Both the position numbers and the translations under genes were made by a program. This document shows positions 13,706-27,400 of a stretch of 64,000 bases of DNA, piece by piece; positions within the stretch are counted from its first letter, which is position 1; the number at the start of each line of letters is the position of its first letter. Below the pieces are notes generated by a model that was not told the origin of the DNA, searched no databases, and saw only the letters and a program-made list of their open reading frames with translations. Origin of the DNA: Lama guanicoe (taxonomy: Eukaryota); the NCBI GenBank assembly GCA_013239625.1, contig MU053557.1:6211842-6275841 (forward strand). The letters are read 5' to 3'.

Positions 13706-16700
13706 CTGTGGATGCAGACGAGCCCAGGGTTGCCTGTGGGGAACCGTCCCTCCGGACCTTCAGCCCCTGCAGAGACCAGCCCACTCCTCCAGGAAGCCTT
13801 CCTGCAATGCGCCCCAGCAGGCCCAGCCACCCAGTCCCCAAAAGGCAATTCTAGCTGTTGACCAAGGAGTGCGCCCTCACAGGCAGACAGCTGTGGGTTC
13901 GGACCTGCTCCACCACTTAGATGTAACTCCAGAAAAGGTCTTCACTATTGCCAAATTTGTAAAATGGGAGTGACAAGAAGACTCAGCTCTTAGAGTAATT
14001 ATGAGGATTAGATGAAGTAATGGGTATTTAACCAATTAACTCTGACACATGATCTTAGCTCTCATTTACTGAGCCCTCAGAACTGATTTATTTGTGTATG
14101 TTCATTCATTCATTTGGCCTCTTGAACTCTAAGCTTCCTGTTCCTTCTTCCTGGGTTGGGTCGTCCCATGGAGCCCACACAGCCAGGATGGGGACAGACA
14201 GATATTAATCAGCACTGAGATGTAGGTTTCTGGGCCAAGCTGGTGCCTTGGGATTCCCGACTCCCAAGCAAGGAGGAGCCACGTTCCCCAGACAGGGAAT
14301 GTGTCAGTCCATTCCCCGGGTCTCTCTGCCAAATGGAGATTTTGGCAAAAAGGGTGGGGATGGGAGGAGATGGGGTAGGGGCAGCTACCTGGACACAGCC
14401 ATCTGATTGCGGCCTCGGGCGTGGAGGTCCTCATACTCCTGCTGCAGGGCAGTGATTTTCTCCTCCAACAGCAGGTTTTTTTCCTTCTGTAACAAATAGG
14501 AGAGAGCTCAGAAAGCCCCCAGCTCACCCGGCACAATGTGTGCCGTCCCCTCCCTCTTATCTGTGGTCACCAAAAACACTGAATCACTCTAGACCAAATG
14601 CTACATTTCAAGGAGCAATAAGATTACTTAGAAAATTACAACTAAGGGGTGAACACAGGGCTGCCAACTTCTCACTTTGCCAGATGAGAACAATACACAA
14701 AGAAGACAGCCACTCACTACCATCTCAGCTCTCCATCAGTTCACAAGAGAAAGGAAATTTTTAGTTCTCCAAAAGTCACAAGGATAGAATCTATATAAGT
14801 TTCAGTGTTTCTATTATCCCATTTCACAAAAATGCTAGAACAGAATTTACAGGGAACATCTGAGATGGTCTGATTTAAAAACTAGGTGGTGTGGTGCACG
14901 GGAGGCCAGGAAACGTCTTCCCGGGCAACATCACATGATCTGTTTGGATTCAACCCGAGGTTCCCAAGGCTGCCCTTCTGGAGACAAAGCCACCAGTGCC
15001 CTCGGCGCTTACCATGGCCCAGGCCTGTCCTTGCTGACTGTGGCTTCCCGTATCTGTCTGATTTTTTTTTTCAGCCTTGCCCTCTTCCTCAACCCCCACT
15101 TGACATGTGATATCTGCCCACCCCTCCTGATTGGCCAGGCCACCTGCCCCAGTGTCACCCAGATCACAGCTACAAGCAGTCAAGAAAAGTACAGGACCTG
15201 GATGAGACGGAGCCACTGCTTGGCCAGCATGGGCAGCAGGTCAGAACAGGCACAGAAGGGACCAGGCTGGGCCCTCCTCAAGTACCTCCCCCTGCCCCCA
15301 TGACTGAGGAAATGCCCAGAAAGTAGGTGGGGCTGCCTCCCCCAAGCCGCTGCCAGCCACAGACCACTGTTTCCATGACGATCAGCCGCTTGTCTAGCTC
15401 GTGAATTCGCTCGTTCTTCATCTCGATGACAAAGTGTAAGCTCTCCAGCTCCTGCTCCCAGAACTGGCTGGGGCTCCCGTAATCCTAGACAGGGACACAG
15501 AGTGACCTCAGCAGACCAGCAGGCAGAGGTGGGCCTGGGCTACCTCCCTCCTCCCTATTCTGCCCCCAACTCTGTTGGACTTTCCCAAGCCACCTCCCCC
15601 TCTTGGTCCGTGGCAAGTGCATAGTGCGCTCTATCTCATTTTAATCTAATAGCGCCCTTTGACATTAGTACCATCGCAGACGCTAGTAACCTCACAGAGG
15701 AACCTGTGGTTCACGGCGGTTGAGTTTAAGTCGCTTGTGCTAAGTGGTAGGTTTGCTCTTTGCAGCTAGTTCTGAATCCAGAGCCTAAGCACTTTACCAT
15801 CTTACATGCCTCTCTTTTGGCTTTACTTCGCCCCTTAGTGACATGGGGACACTGTTTATTCCAGGCCTTCATGATGGTAAGAGTGTCAGGTCTGAGCCCT
15901 GTCCTTGAGGAGGGATTGGCCTTTCCTTTTGCCCAGACTCAGACCTCCTTGGAGATTCAAGAAGAAGAGGCCCCAGGTGTTCTATCACCTACCTGGATGT
16001 GCTTCTTATAGTCTCGGCTCAGGATGGACTCCTCTACCCTCTTCATCTTGGCCTGGAAGACCTCCAGCTGTGCGGTCAGCCCATCAATGGTCTCCTGGAG
16101 AAGGGAGTGGGAAGGAGGGGATGAAAGCCTGGCTCATAAATGCTGTATGGACCTCTCCACATCCCACGGAGGGACCAGTTTTGGGTTCTTCAGTCTGTCC
16201 TTGCTCTACCCGACAATGCAGGTTTAATCTATTTCAGCTACTGCCTGAAATATACAGCCCCACCTCTCCATACCTGTGGGGACAAAGTCAGGGTGTTCCA
16301 GGCCGGCGTCACCCTGACATTCAAAATATACACAAACTAGGCTCAGTGTCTTTCCCAGTCTCATCTCTCCCTGCTGCTGCCCGCTACATGCCTCTTCCTG
16401 CAACCAAACATTGTTATCACTCCTTCAAATGCAAGGTGTATTCTTGTCTCCATACTTGCCCCCTGCCAATGATTTCTTCCATCTAAACATTGTCATTGCC
16501 TTCAGGATAGCAGAACCCCTTATGGTGGCTCCTAGGTTCCAGGCTCCCATGATCCGGTCTTGCCTGCCTGTCCAGCCTCAGCTCTCTCCCACTCATACTC
16601 TATATCCAGGCATCTTGGATTTCTTTCAGTTCCACAGGTATTCTGTTTTCCTCCTTTCCTCCATGCCTTTAAATAGCTTTTCCCCCTACCTAGGGCACCC

Positions 16701-18394
16701 TTCCTACTCTACTTCATCTGAAAAATGCTAACACATCCAGAGGGCCCAGCTTAGATCTCACACCCTCTAGGAAATCCCTAAGCGGCCACATCGGGTCAGA
16801 TGCCTTCTTTTTTGCTTCCACAGGTCCCTGTGCATCCATCCACCCTTCTAATCACACGGTGGCACCAGGCCATGGAGTCTCCAAGATCCTCCCAACACTC
16901 CTGGGAAAAGTAGGCCAACTCTCATCTCAAACCAGTTCCTCTTGAGCTAATCATCTGGTTGTCACATCGAGGGACAGGGACCCACGGAAGACAATCATCT
17001 CTGCCCTTCCCACCCAGGCAGAGCCCTCAGCTTTGTTTGCTCTGGGGCTCCATGCTGCTTTCCTGCAGGTCCACCCCTCCTCTCAGACAGGCTGACCTGG
17101 CCCAGAGCCTCTTACCTGCAGGGCTGCCTCCGCCTCCTGGAAGGAGTGGGAAAGGGCTTCCTTCTCCTGCTCATAGGAGGCCTGGAGGACTGCAGGGAAA
17201 GGAGGCCTCTGTGAGCTCAGACACCCAGATACATCCCCTCAAGCCTTCTGACAGGACCCGTGAAGACCAGACGGCCCAGGTGGCACCCACAGGGGCCAGG
17301 AGTCTGAGGAGGCTTTTATTTATCCTTGTACGTCATGGACTTGGGGCTGTGCCAGAAATATTTAATAAAAGCTCACACAAATGGCAACAAACTACATTCT
17401 GGGAAGAGCCATGAACCCTAGGAAATTGTAGGCGCCATCCGCACCTTGCTGAGGCTGAGATCCCAACATCTTGCAGCAAGCTGGTTCATCTCAGATCACA
17501 GCATGCCGTGGAAAAGGCCCAGATCCCGTGTTTTGTCAGTTGGGTTAGCCAAATCATGGAATCATTAAATCGTTAGTTGTCAAACTATGGCCCCAAAATA
17601 AATAAATAAATAAATAAGGCAAGTATTTAAGATTTGGCGCCAGAGCATCTACCTGGTCCTAATTCTGCTTCTGTAAAGCTGAGAAACCAGGAGGAGATCA
17701 TCTGAAATACCTGAAAGGCCCTAGTGCCTCAGCTGTGAAAAGTGTCAAAAACAAGCCAGGCCTAGCTGTCTCTAAGAGATGAGAAAAAGACACGGCAGGG
17801 TTCTCCAGGCTGGGCGGTGCTGTGCAGAGCCGGACTTGTTACCATCCCCCTAATCCACAGAGCTAGGTTTTTCATCCCGCCTCCTCTACTAAGTTCTTCT
17901 TGGAAAATCCCAACCTTGTCTCGGCTGAAGGGAGATAACAGGGAAATGATGGACCAGTGGACGCGATCGGAAATAAGACAGAGGACAGGAGAGCGTAATG
18001 CAGCCAAAGGCCCAGGCGTACGGTGGGCTTATGTCCCAGTGGGCAGTGACACAGGGAAATAATATTCAGTAATAGAACTGTGATAGAGCTGTCACAAGTT
18101 GAAAAAGTACAGGTTTGATTTTTATAAACTATGAGCCTAATTTTCTGAATGAATTTACCTATCAAGAAAGGTTCGATTCCAGGTAAGATGGAGGAAGCAC
18201 ACTCCATCCAGTCTTTCCTACTGAATGTAGCTCTAAAACCTGGACAGCATGAATGGAACAACTATTTTCAAACTCTGAAAGAGAAATGGTAACAGGCAGA
18301 CTGGGCAAGAAGACCAGAATTCGAAGTACCACTGAACCACTATATTTAAACAAGACCTTTAATCTCATATCCAAATATCCAAAATGTCCAGGAG

Positions 18395-18439
<45 letters not shown>

Positions 18440-21400
18440 TAAATAAATAAATAAATAAATTAATTAATTAATTAATAAATTAAAATGCTCGGCATACAAA
18501 TCCAAAGTTTCTCAGCATACAAAGAAGGGGGAAAATCTCAACTATCCTGAGAAAAGACATTCAACAGATGCTAACACTAAGATGCCACAGATGTTGTAAT
18601 TATTAAAAGACTTTTAAGGAAGCCACTATAAAAATGCTCTGAAGGGTGAACACTCTTGAAAAGAATGGAAAAGCAGAAAGTCTTACTAAATAAATAAATA
18701 TTAAGAACCAAGGTGAAATTTTTGGGAAAAAAAATACATGAAGTAAGAAATTCACCTGATGGGCTCAATAGTAAAATAGAGATGCCATAAAAAAGAGCTA
18801 GAGAACTTGAAGAAAGATCAACAGAAATTATCCAACCTGAACAACAGAGAAAACATATGGGACAGAGCCTCAGAGACCCATAAGATAATTCCAGAATGTC
18901 TAACTTTTGTGTCATGGGAGTCTCAGAAAGGATGCATTGCAAAATATTTGAAGAATGGTTGACTACTCCCCAAATTTGGCAAACGTAATCCTATAGATTA
19001 AAGATGTTCACTGAACCCCAAACAAAGTAAACCCAAAGAAATCTATACCCAGGCACATCATTTAAAAAAACTAATGACAAAGAAAAAAATCTGGGACAGA
19101 ACCGATGAAAAATGATGCATTACGTAGAGGAAGTAACAGTCTGAATTAGTGTGGATTTCTCACTAGAAACCTTGGAGACTAGAAGGAATCAGAACATTTT
19201 AGAACTGCTGAAATGAACTGTAAATCCAGACTCCCATATCCAGTAAAAATATCGTTCAGGAAAGAAGGTGAAATAAAGACATTCTAGATGAAGAAATAGT
19301 CAAAGAATTCATCACTAACAGGCCTGCCCTAAAAGAATTACTCAAGGAAACTGTGAGCAGAAGGCAAGTGACACCAGAGAGAAACTTGGAACTTCAGGAA
19401 TATGGGGAGAGCAACAGAGCTGGTAAATACCTGGGTAAATATAAGACTGTTCTTCTTCCCTTGAGCTCTTTAAAATATGATGGTTAAAAGCAAAAATTAT
19501 AACATTGTCTCATGGGGTGCATGGAGTATTCAATATACGTAGAGGTAATACATTAGACTAAGCACAACAGAAAGAGGAGAGGATAGAGACCTGTACGATA
19601 GTAAGGGTCATACATTTCACTTGAAGGGAAGAGATATAAGTTCTAGGTAGACTATTATGCATATTGTAATTCTTAGAGCAATCACTGATATATATACAGA
19701 CATACATGCATATATATATATACACACACCCATACATATATCTGTACACAAAGAGATACGGTAATTAAAAGAGACAGCAGCTAAAATGAATACTAAAAAT
19801 GTTCAAATACTCCAAAAGAAAGCAGGTTAGGGTAAATAGAGGACAAAAAGCAAAAAGAGAACAAATACAAATGATAGACCTAAATTGAACCATGACAGTA
19901 ACATTAAATTGTTTAAATACACCTAATAAAAGACAATGTCAGAGTAGGTTTTGAAAGAAAACCCCAGCTATGTGCTATTTAGGAGACACCCACTTTAACT
20001 ATGTCAGAGGTCGGTTACAAGTGTATGAGTGGAAAAGCAACATTTCAGAAGAAAGAAGATTCTCAGGAATGAAGATGTGCATTGCATCATGACAAAGGGG
20101 TCAGTCCTCCAGGAAGACGTCACAACCTCCAATCATTCTTTAAAGCATATGAAGCAAAAACTGGCAGAACTGGAAGGAGATATAGACAGTTACAGTTGAA
20201 GATTTCAAGACTCCTCAGTGTTCAAGAGAAAAAGTAAGCAGAAAATTAGCAAGAATACAGAGGAACTAAACAAAACCATCAACAACTTGCTTTAATTGAC
20301 ACATGCATAAAATACTCAACCTTACAAAAGCAGAATAAACCTTCTTTTCAAGTGTACAGGAAAATCACAAGATAGACCATATCGTGAATCATAAAACAAG
20401 CTTAACAAATTATAAAAGGAACAAAATATAAACTATGTTCTCTGAGCATAACAGAATCAAACTGGAAATCAATAACAAAAAGAGAACTGGAAAATCTCCA
20501 AACACTTAGCAGGAAATACACTTCTAAGTATTCAATGAGCCAAAAAGGACGTCTTAAGGGAAATCAGAAGATAGTTTGAACTGAACAAAAATTAAAATAT
20601 AAAACATCAATTTGTAGGAGGCAGATAATGCAGAGCTGAGGGGGAAATTAATACACTAACAGCTTCTGTCAGAAAAGGAGAAAGGTCTCAAACCAATAAA
20701 CTTCTGGTTTAAGAAATTAGAAAAACAAGGGCTAAAAAAATATATAGCAAGCAAGCAGAAGAAAGGAAATAAGAGCAGAAATCAATGAGATTGAAAATAG
20801 AAAAGTAGGGGGGAAAAATCAATGAAACCTAAAGCTGCTTCTTACAAAAGATTAATAAAATCAATAAACCTCAAGCAAGCTTGACAAAGAAAAAAATGCA
20901 CAGGTTACCAATCACAGAAACTTAAGAGAGGATATTATAGACACAGAAGATACTTAAAACAGTAGTAAGGGACCACTATGAACAATTCTATGCACATAAA
21001 ACCTGAAAACTTAGATGAAATGTACCAATTCCCAAAAAACTACAAACTCCAAGACTTATCCAAGGAAATCCTGTAACTATTAACGAAGTTGAATTTGTAC
21101 TTAAGTACTTCCTGGAAAAGAAATGTGCAAGCACATCTTTTCTTTGTTTATTTGCTGTCTGTATATCCTCCTTGGTCAAATGTCTGTTCAACTCTTTCTG
21201 TTTCGCTGACAAATTCTACTGAATATTTTAAAATGATATGGTACCAACCCTACACAATGTGTTCCAGAAACAGAAGAGGAAGGGACATTTCCCAGCTCAT
21301 CTCATAAGGCCAGCTTTATCCCAATACAAAAACCAGACAGATGGTAGAAGAAAAATACAAACCAGTAGCCCTTATGAACACAGATATATACATCTTCAGT

Positions 21401-24400
21401 AAAATATTAGTAAGTCAGATTTAGCTATATATAAAAAGACCAAGTGGAGGTTTTGCCAGGAATGTAAGGCTAGTTCAAAACTTGAATTTTGAAATTCAAA
21501 ACCTGAAATTTGAAAACTCAATGTAATCTACCATGTTAAGTCTAAAGAAAAACCATATGACTATATGGATCATAGGTTTAAATGTAAAACTTAAAACCAT
21601 AAAACATGTGGAAGAAAATTAGAAGATCTTTGTTACCTGGGGTTCAGCAAAGAGTTCTGAGACATGACACCAAAAGCACAATTATAAAAGAAAAAATAAC
21701 CAGGCGGGGATGGGTATAGCTCAGTGGTAGAGTGCGTGCCTAGCACGCACCAGGACCTGGGTTCAATCCCCAGTACCTCCATTAAAGATAAACACATTTT
21801 TAAAAAATCTAATTATCCACCCCCCACCAAATAAATAAATAAATAAATAAATAAAATTTAAAAACTCATAATTTACCAAATTGAAAACTTCACTCTGTGA
21901 AAGACAATAAGAAAATATGGGGCTGGGAGAGACCCAAACAGACTAGGGAGACAATATTTGCAAATACAAAGGACTTGAATCCAAAATATATAAAGATCTC
22001 TCAAAGAGTTAAGAACAAACAAGTTAATTAAAATGGGCAAAAGCTTTGAATAGACATTTGACCATAGAGGATATACAGACAGCAAAGAAACAAAAGATGT
22101 TCAACATGATTAGTCATTATTGAAACACAAATTACACCCACAATGACATATCACTGCCTATTTATTAGAAGAGCTAAAATAAAAATTACTGACAAGTGCT
22201 GGTGAGAAGCAACAGTGGAACTCGTCCATCGCTGATGGGAACGTAAAATGATGGTGCCCCGGAAAAGCAGTTTAGTCATTTCTTATAGAGCTGAACGTTT
22301 CTCATATGACCCATTCATTCCACTCCTAGGTGTTTACCCAAGAAACTTATGAACATGCAGAAACCTGTACACAAATGTTTAGAAGAGCTCTGTTCCTAAA
22401 TGCCTCAAGCTGGAAATGATCTGAGTGTCCTGGGACAAGGGGATGAGTAAACACTGGATTACAATTCAGCCGTGAAAAAGAAAGCACTCGTGACACACCC
22501 AGCCACTTGGATGACTCTCAAAGGCATCGTGCTAAGGGAGCGAAGCAGATATCAAAAGCTATATTGTATCATTGTTTTGTATAGCAGTCCCAAAGACAAA
22601 ACCATGGTGGTGGAGAACAGATCAGTTCCAGGGGTTGGGGTAGGGGAGGATGTGAGCACCTCCAATGGGCAGCCTAAGAGAGTCTTACGCGGGTGATGGA
22701 ACTATTTTGTATTAGATTACAGTGATGGTTTCACGAATCCATACCTGTGTTAGAATTTATAAAACGGTACATCAAAAAGGGTCCATTTTAGCAGGGGAGG
22801 GTATGGCTCAGTGGTAGAGTGTGTGCTTAACATGCACGAGGTCCTGGGTTCAATCCTCAGTACCTTCATTAAAAAAATAAATAAATAAACCTAATTACCT
22901 TCCCCCCGCTAAAAATTTTTTTAAAGAAACAAAAAAAGTCAATGTTAATGTATAATTTAAAAATGAAAAAAAAAGAAAAGAAAAGAAAGCATCATCAAAC
23001 AAGAAAAACCACCACTAGCCTCTCCCAGTTATTTGTGTACTTCCCCCAAAACAAATAAAAGCCCATAGACTTCCCCCATGCTATGCTTTCATTCATTCAT
23101 TGAATACATGCAGCACTCAGTACATGCCAAGCAATTTAAAAATAACGATGGAAGAATTCTGACAGATGGGAAGAACTCAAGGTGAAGGCAGTCCCTTCAC
23201 CTCCGGAGTTTACACAATAGGAAAATTTTCTTATCAATATATTTACTAAAAATATCAAAGCTATGCTTTCCTTGGAGAAGAAAGCTGTTTTCCCATGAAA
23301 GCCTTGTGAGGGAGAGAAGGTAGATTTTAGAAATACAGATACTGAACTGAGATTCAAGGTAGATTTTAAACATACAGCAAGTTAACTAAGGTCAAGTAAC
23401 AGGCCCACTTTCTCAGGGTGTATTAGTATTAAAATGCAACCCTTCAAATTTCCAGGGCAAGGGCTTCAATTCTATTTCAAAACATTTTGTGCTAATGTTG
23501 CAATAGGTATCGAGATTCTTAACACTGTTTAGACCTCTGTTCTAGTTATTTCACTTCTGGGAATCTAAGGATATTTTGTAAAATGTGGACACATCTTTAT
23601 GCAAAAAAACTTCAGTGCAGTTTTTCTTACAATAATTAAAATCTCCATGTCTAGATTCACAGAAAATAAGGAAAACCATGTACGTAATTGTCCAGCCTTT
23701 ATAAACACTTTAGTAGCAGAAGCACTACTTGGAAACATGTTTGATACAATATTAAATAAAAAGAACAGGATATAAAATAACCTTAGCTGTTTTAAAAGAT
23801 GTAAAATTCTGAAAAAAAAAAAGATGTAAAATTCCAGGGAAAAGTCATGCAAATACTGATGATTAAGGCGAAATTGATATGACATTTTCAAGGTGAATTT
23901 TCATAGCATCAAAAAGATAGATAACTTTCCCAAAAGAAGCGATACAAATGGCCAATATGCACGTGAAAATATGCGAAGCAAAATTAGTCATTAAGGAAAT
24001 GTGAATCAAAACCACAATGATATACCACTTTGCACTCACTAGGAGGGCAATATAATAACAGCAACAACAAGGGTAAATAACAAGTGTTGTCAAGGATGTG
24101 GTGTAGTTGGAACCCTTATGTACTGCTGGTGGGACTAAAAAGTGGTGCAGCCACTGTAGAAAACAGCTTGGCGGTTTCTCAGAAGGTTAAGCATAGAATT
24201 ACCATGTGACCCAGCCATTCCAGTCCTGGGCGTACAACCCAGGGGAACTGAAAGCAGATGTTCATTCAGGTGTTTATACTGGTGCCATTGTTGACAGTGG
24301 CCAAAAAGTGGAGGCAGCCTGGATGTCCATCAATTGAATGAATAACAAAGCACGAGGTGTCCATGCATGAATATTATGGATAAATAAAAAGGAATGGAGT

Positions 24401-27400
24401 AATTTTTTAAATGGGCAGGGGGTGGGAGGAATGGAGTGCAAATATCCCCTGCAGCATGGATGAGCCTTGGAAATGTTGTGCTGGAGGAAGGAAGCCAGAT
24501 GTGGGGGCCATAGGTTGTATGATTCCACTTACATGAGTGTGCAGAGTGGACAGAGCCTTTAGGCACAGAGCAGACTGGTGGCTCCCAGGTCCTGGAAGGT
24601 GAGGAGTATGGGGGGGGGACTGCTTAGTGGGTATGGGGTTTGCTTTTAGGGCAATGGGAGTGTTCTGGAAGTGGACAGTGGTGATGGTCACATGACACAG
24701 TGAATGGAGTAAATGTCACTACAAGTAAAATCTTATGTGTATTCTACCAAAATAAAAGATAGACGTACATAAACTCTATTACACCAACTCTACTAGGATG
24801 TTATTTTAATGATAAAATCATGAATATGGCACAGATTGTACAAACTGAGGTTCACTGTGTACGTATCATTGCTGTTATAAACAAGAGCAAAAATCTGAAA
24901 TTACTGAAATGCCTAACCAAAGGGGCTCAATTAAATGAACAAGGTACCCAGTGGAATGCCACATTATTACTAAACCTGTGCTACAGGAGTTCAATGACAA
25001 GATGTTAATACAATTCAAAGGGAAAAATCAATTTATCTCCTCCCCTCAGAGTGTGTGTGGGTGTGTATAGACGTCTATCCTAGGTATGCACACAAAAAAG
25101 AAATGACAGGGACCTGTATCAAAGGGGTAACAGTGACTAGTTCTGGGTGGAATTACACACAATTTTAATTTTCTCAGTAATAAAATAATAAGTGCTAATA
25201 ATTACTTGCTAAGTATCTTGTGAAATATCAGGGACTGTTCTAGATTCTATCCATTAAATTAAATCATTTACTTCTCATAAAGACCCTATGAACAAGGGGT
25301 AACTAACTTCTTCAAGCTTACATAGCTGGTACCTGGTGGAGCTGGGATTCAAATCCAGGGACTGTGGCTGCAGAGTCAAGATCCAACACTGTGCTATAAG
25401 ATCTTTCTGTTTAATCCATACATTCTAAATTCTCTTTTAAAAGGAAAGAAACTTATTTAAAAAAAAAAATCAACCTGACCATAAATTCTAAGAGATGTCA
25501 TCACAGTCGGAAAGGAAAACAAAACAGACATTTAAAACTTCTCCTATTTGTCTAGGTTTTCCAAATTTCCTATAATGGATACAAACTGCTTTTAAAATGG
25601 AAAGAAAAAAGTAGCTCTCAACTAAGACAAAACAAAGCGTGGGGTCAGATTTTACGCCTGAAAGGACAAATCCAAGGACCTGCAGACTCCAGCCCTGAGT
25701 GACCAAGTGCGCGTGGACCAGAGGTGGGAGGGAGGGGCCCGTGGGCGTCCCCGAGTGAACTCAGCAGGTGGAACAGAAAGAGCCTGTTCCACTCCCTCCC
25801 TGGTGCACCTCGTCCTTACCTCGCAGGGCCTCCTTATGCTCTTCCTCCAGGACTCTTCGCTGCTCATCCAGTTTTTCTCCAAGCTCTAGCTCCCTCTCCT
25901 TCTCCACCTGGGGGCGGAGGGTCCCAGGCGGGATGAGATTGAGTAGGTTCAGGGCAGCCTCTCTTGTCCGCTCACTGACCCTTGGAGCTTTGCAGACGTT
26001 GGTGATCAGAGTCCCACCCACTTATCTGAGTGATGAGAATGACATGGGCCCAGAGAGGGCACAAGGCCTCCAAGACACAGCAGGTGTGGCCAACTTGGCC
26101 CTCTTTAGGGCTTAGGGGGAGGTTCCCAGAGAATTATCAGGTAGAAAAGGATTTCAGAATCTTTCAATCCTGATGCCACTCCCGGCTGGAGGCCCTTCTG
26201 CTGTGTTACTGTTTCCCCACATTTTATTGCCTGGAATGAATATAATGAATCACATGCCAGCAGTTTCAAGTATTTGCTTAATAGATAAAGGGCCCCTTTC
26301 TTGGCAAAGGGAGTCGACAGATATTTACAACAACAATAAAACCGAAAGTTGGCCCTGGGTCTGGGATTTAACAAGGTTAACTAAGCAGGAGGAAAGAGAG
26401 GGGCTGGGACTTACCTGCTGCGCCCATTTCTTCCTGTCCTCTTCGTGTTGCTGGAGAATTCTGGTTATAGCCTTCTGGTGCTGCTCAACTTCCTCAGATG
26501 CACAGAGATGGACAGTGGTGGCTACAGGGGAGAAAGAGAAAAGCAATCACAGAGCGGAGGTTGGGTCACGGCCCAGCAAAAAGGGTGTGGGAGGCTGGAG
26601 CTAAGCAGTGGGGGGCCTGGTCTCCAGCTGGAGCATGGTTTCAGTTAGGGCAGCCTCCAGAGGCAGCCCCTTAAATCTCCCTGGCTTTGGAGACCCTCCT
26701 TCATGAAGTGCAGGGGCCAGTGGTCTCACTGTGCCCCCGGATCTACAGCAGAGCAGGTAGCTCACAGGACAGATTTGGCCCATAAAGGTCTGTCTGCTCT
26801 ACCCAGTATCTAAATTAAAAAAAAAAAAAAAAGTTGTGACCTTAATAACTCGGACAGCTTTTACTTAATACATTGATTTCCAACTTTTCTCTTTTTTCAA
26901 ATTTTAATTTTATTATTTTGAACGGAGGGACTGGGGATTGAACCCAGGACTGCATGCATGCTAAGCACGCACTCTACCACTGAGTTGTCCTACCCTCCCC
27001 CAAACTTTTCTTGAAGAAGTCAAAGAAATGGCAGTCTGTGCCTTAGTGTCAACCAGGAGCTGAGCTGAGGAGCAGTGTCTCCCATCCATCCAGGTCGTGG
27101 CTCTGCTGTTTGCCAGTTCTCATCTCTCCGTACAGAGGATATGGTTAGGGGCCATTTCATCATGTCCTTTACCTGCTGGGTCCTGTGTCTGAGTGTGTGA
27201 TCCCTCACCATTAGCATCCCTCCAGCTGAAGGCAGAGGGGCTGCTGTGAGTGGGGAGGAGGGGCAGGCATGAAGTCTAGCCCCTGTTTAGGGAAACTCCA
27301 AAATAGGCTGGGTGATGCCACTCTGAGTCCAACAGGCTCTGGGTCTGACCTAGGCAGGGACCCATCCTCTCTGTGCCTCAGTTACCCAATATGTGAAATC

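Larger units (their letters stand above)
18170..22970 (+). mobile_element. Ancient, internally deleted L1M element (5' end, ORF1/ORF2 remnants, 3' UTR) in CCDC69 intron 4, antisense to the gene, with two SINE insertions
   Basis: A-rich strand with recognisable ORF2 remnants (agaatcaaactggaaatcaataac; cttatgaacacagat) and an L1M-type 3' end; many stops and frameshifts. Confidence 0.8.

Noticed and set aside
21704..21780. tRNA-like sequences (also ~22795, 26930, 29850, 49100)
   Set aside because: They have A-rich tails, TSDs and divergent stems, so they are SINE heads rather than tRNA genes.
18170..22970. Possible intact/active L1
   Set aside because: Many stops, frameshifts and a large ORF2 deletion show it is an ancient fossil.
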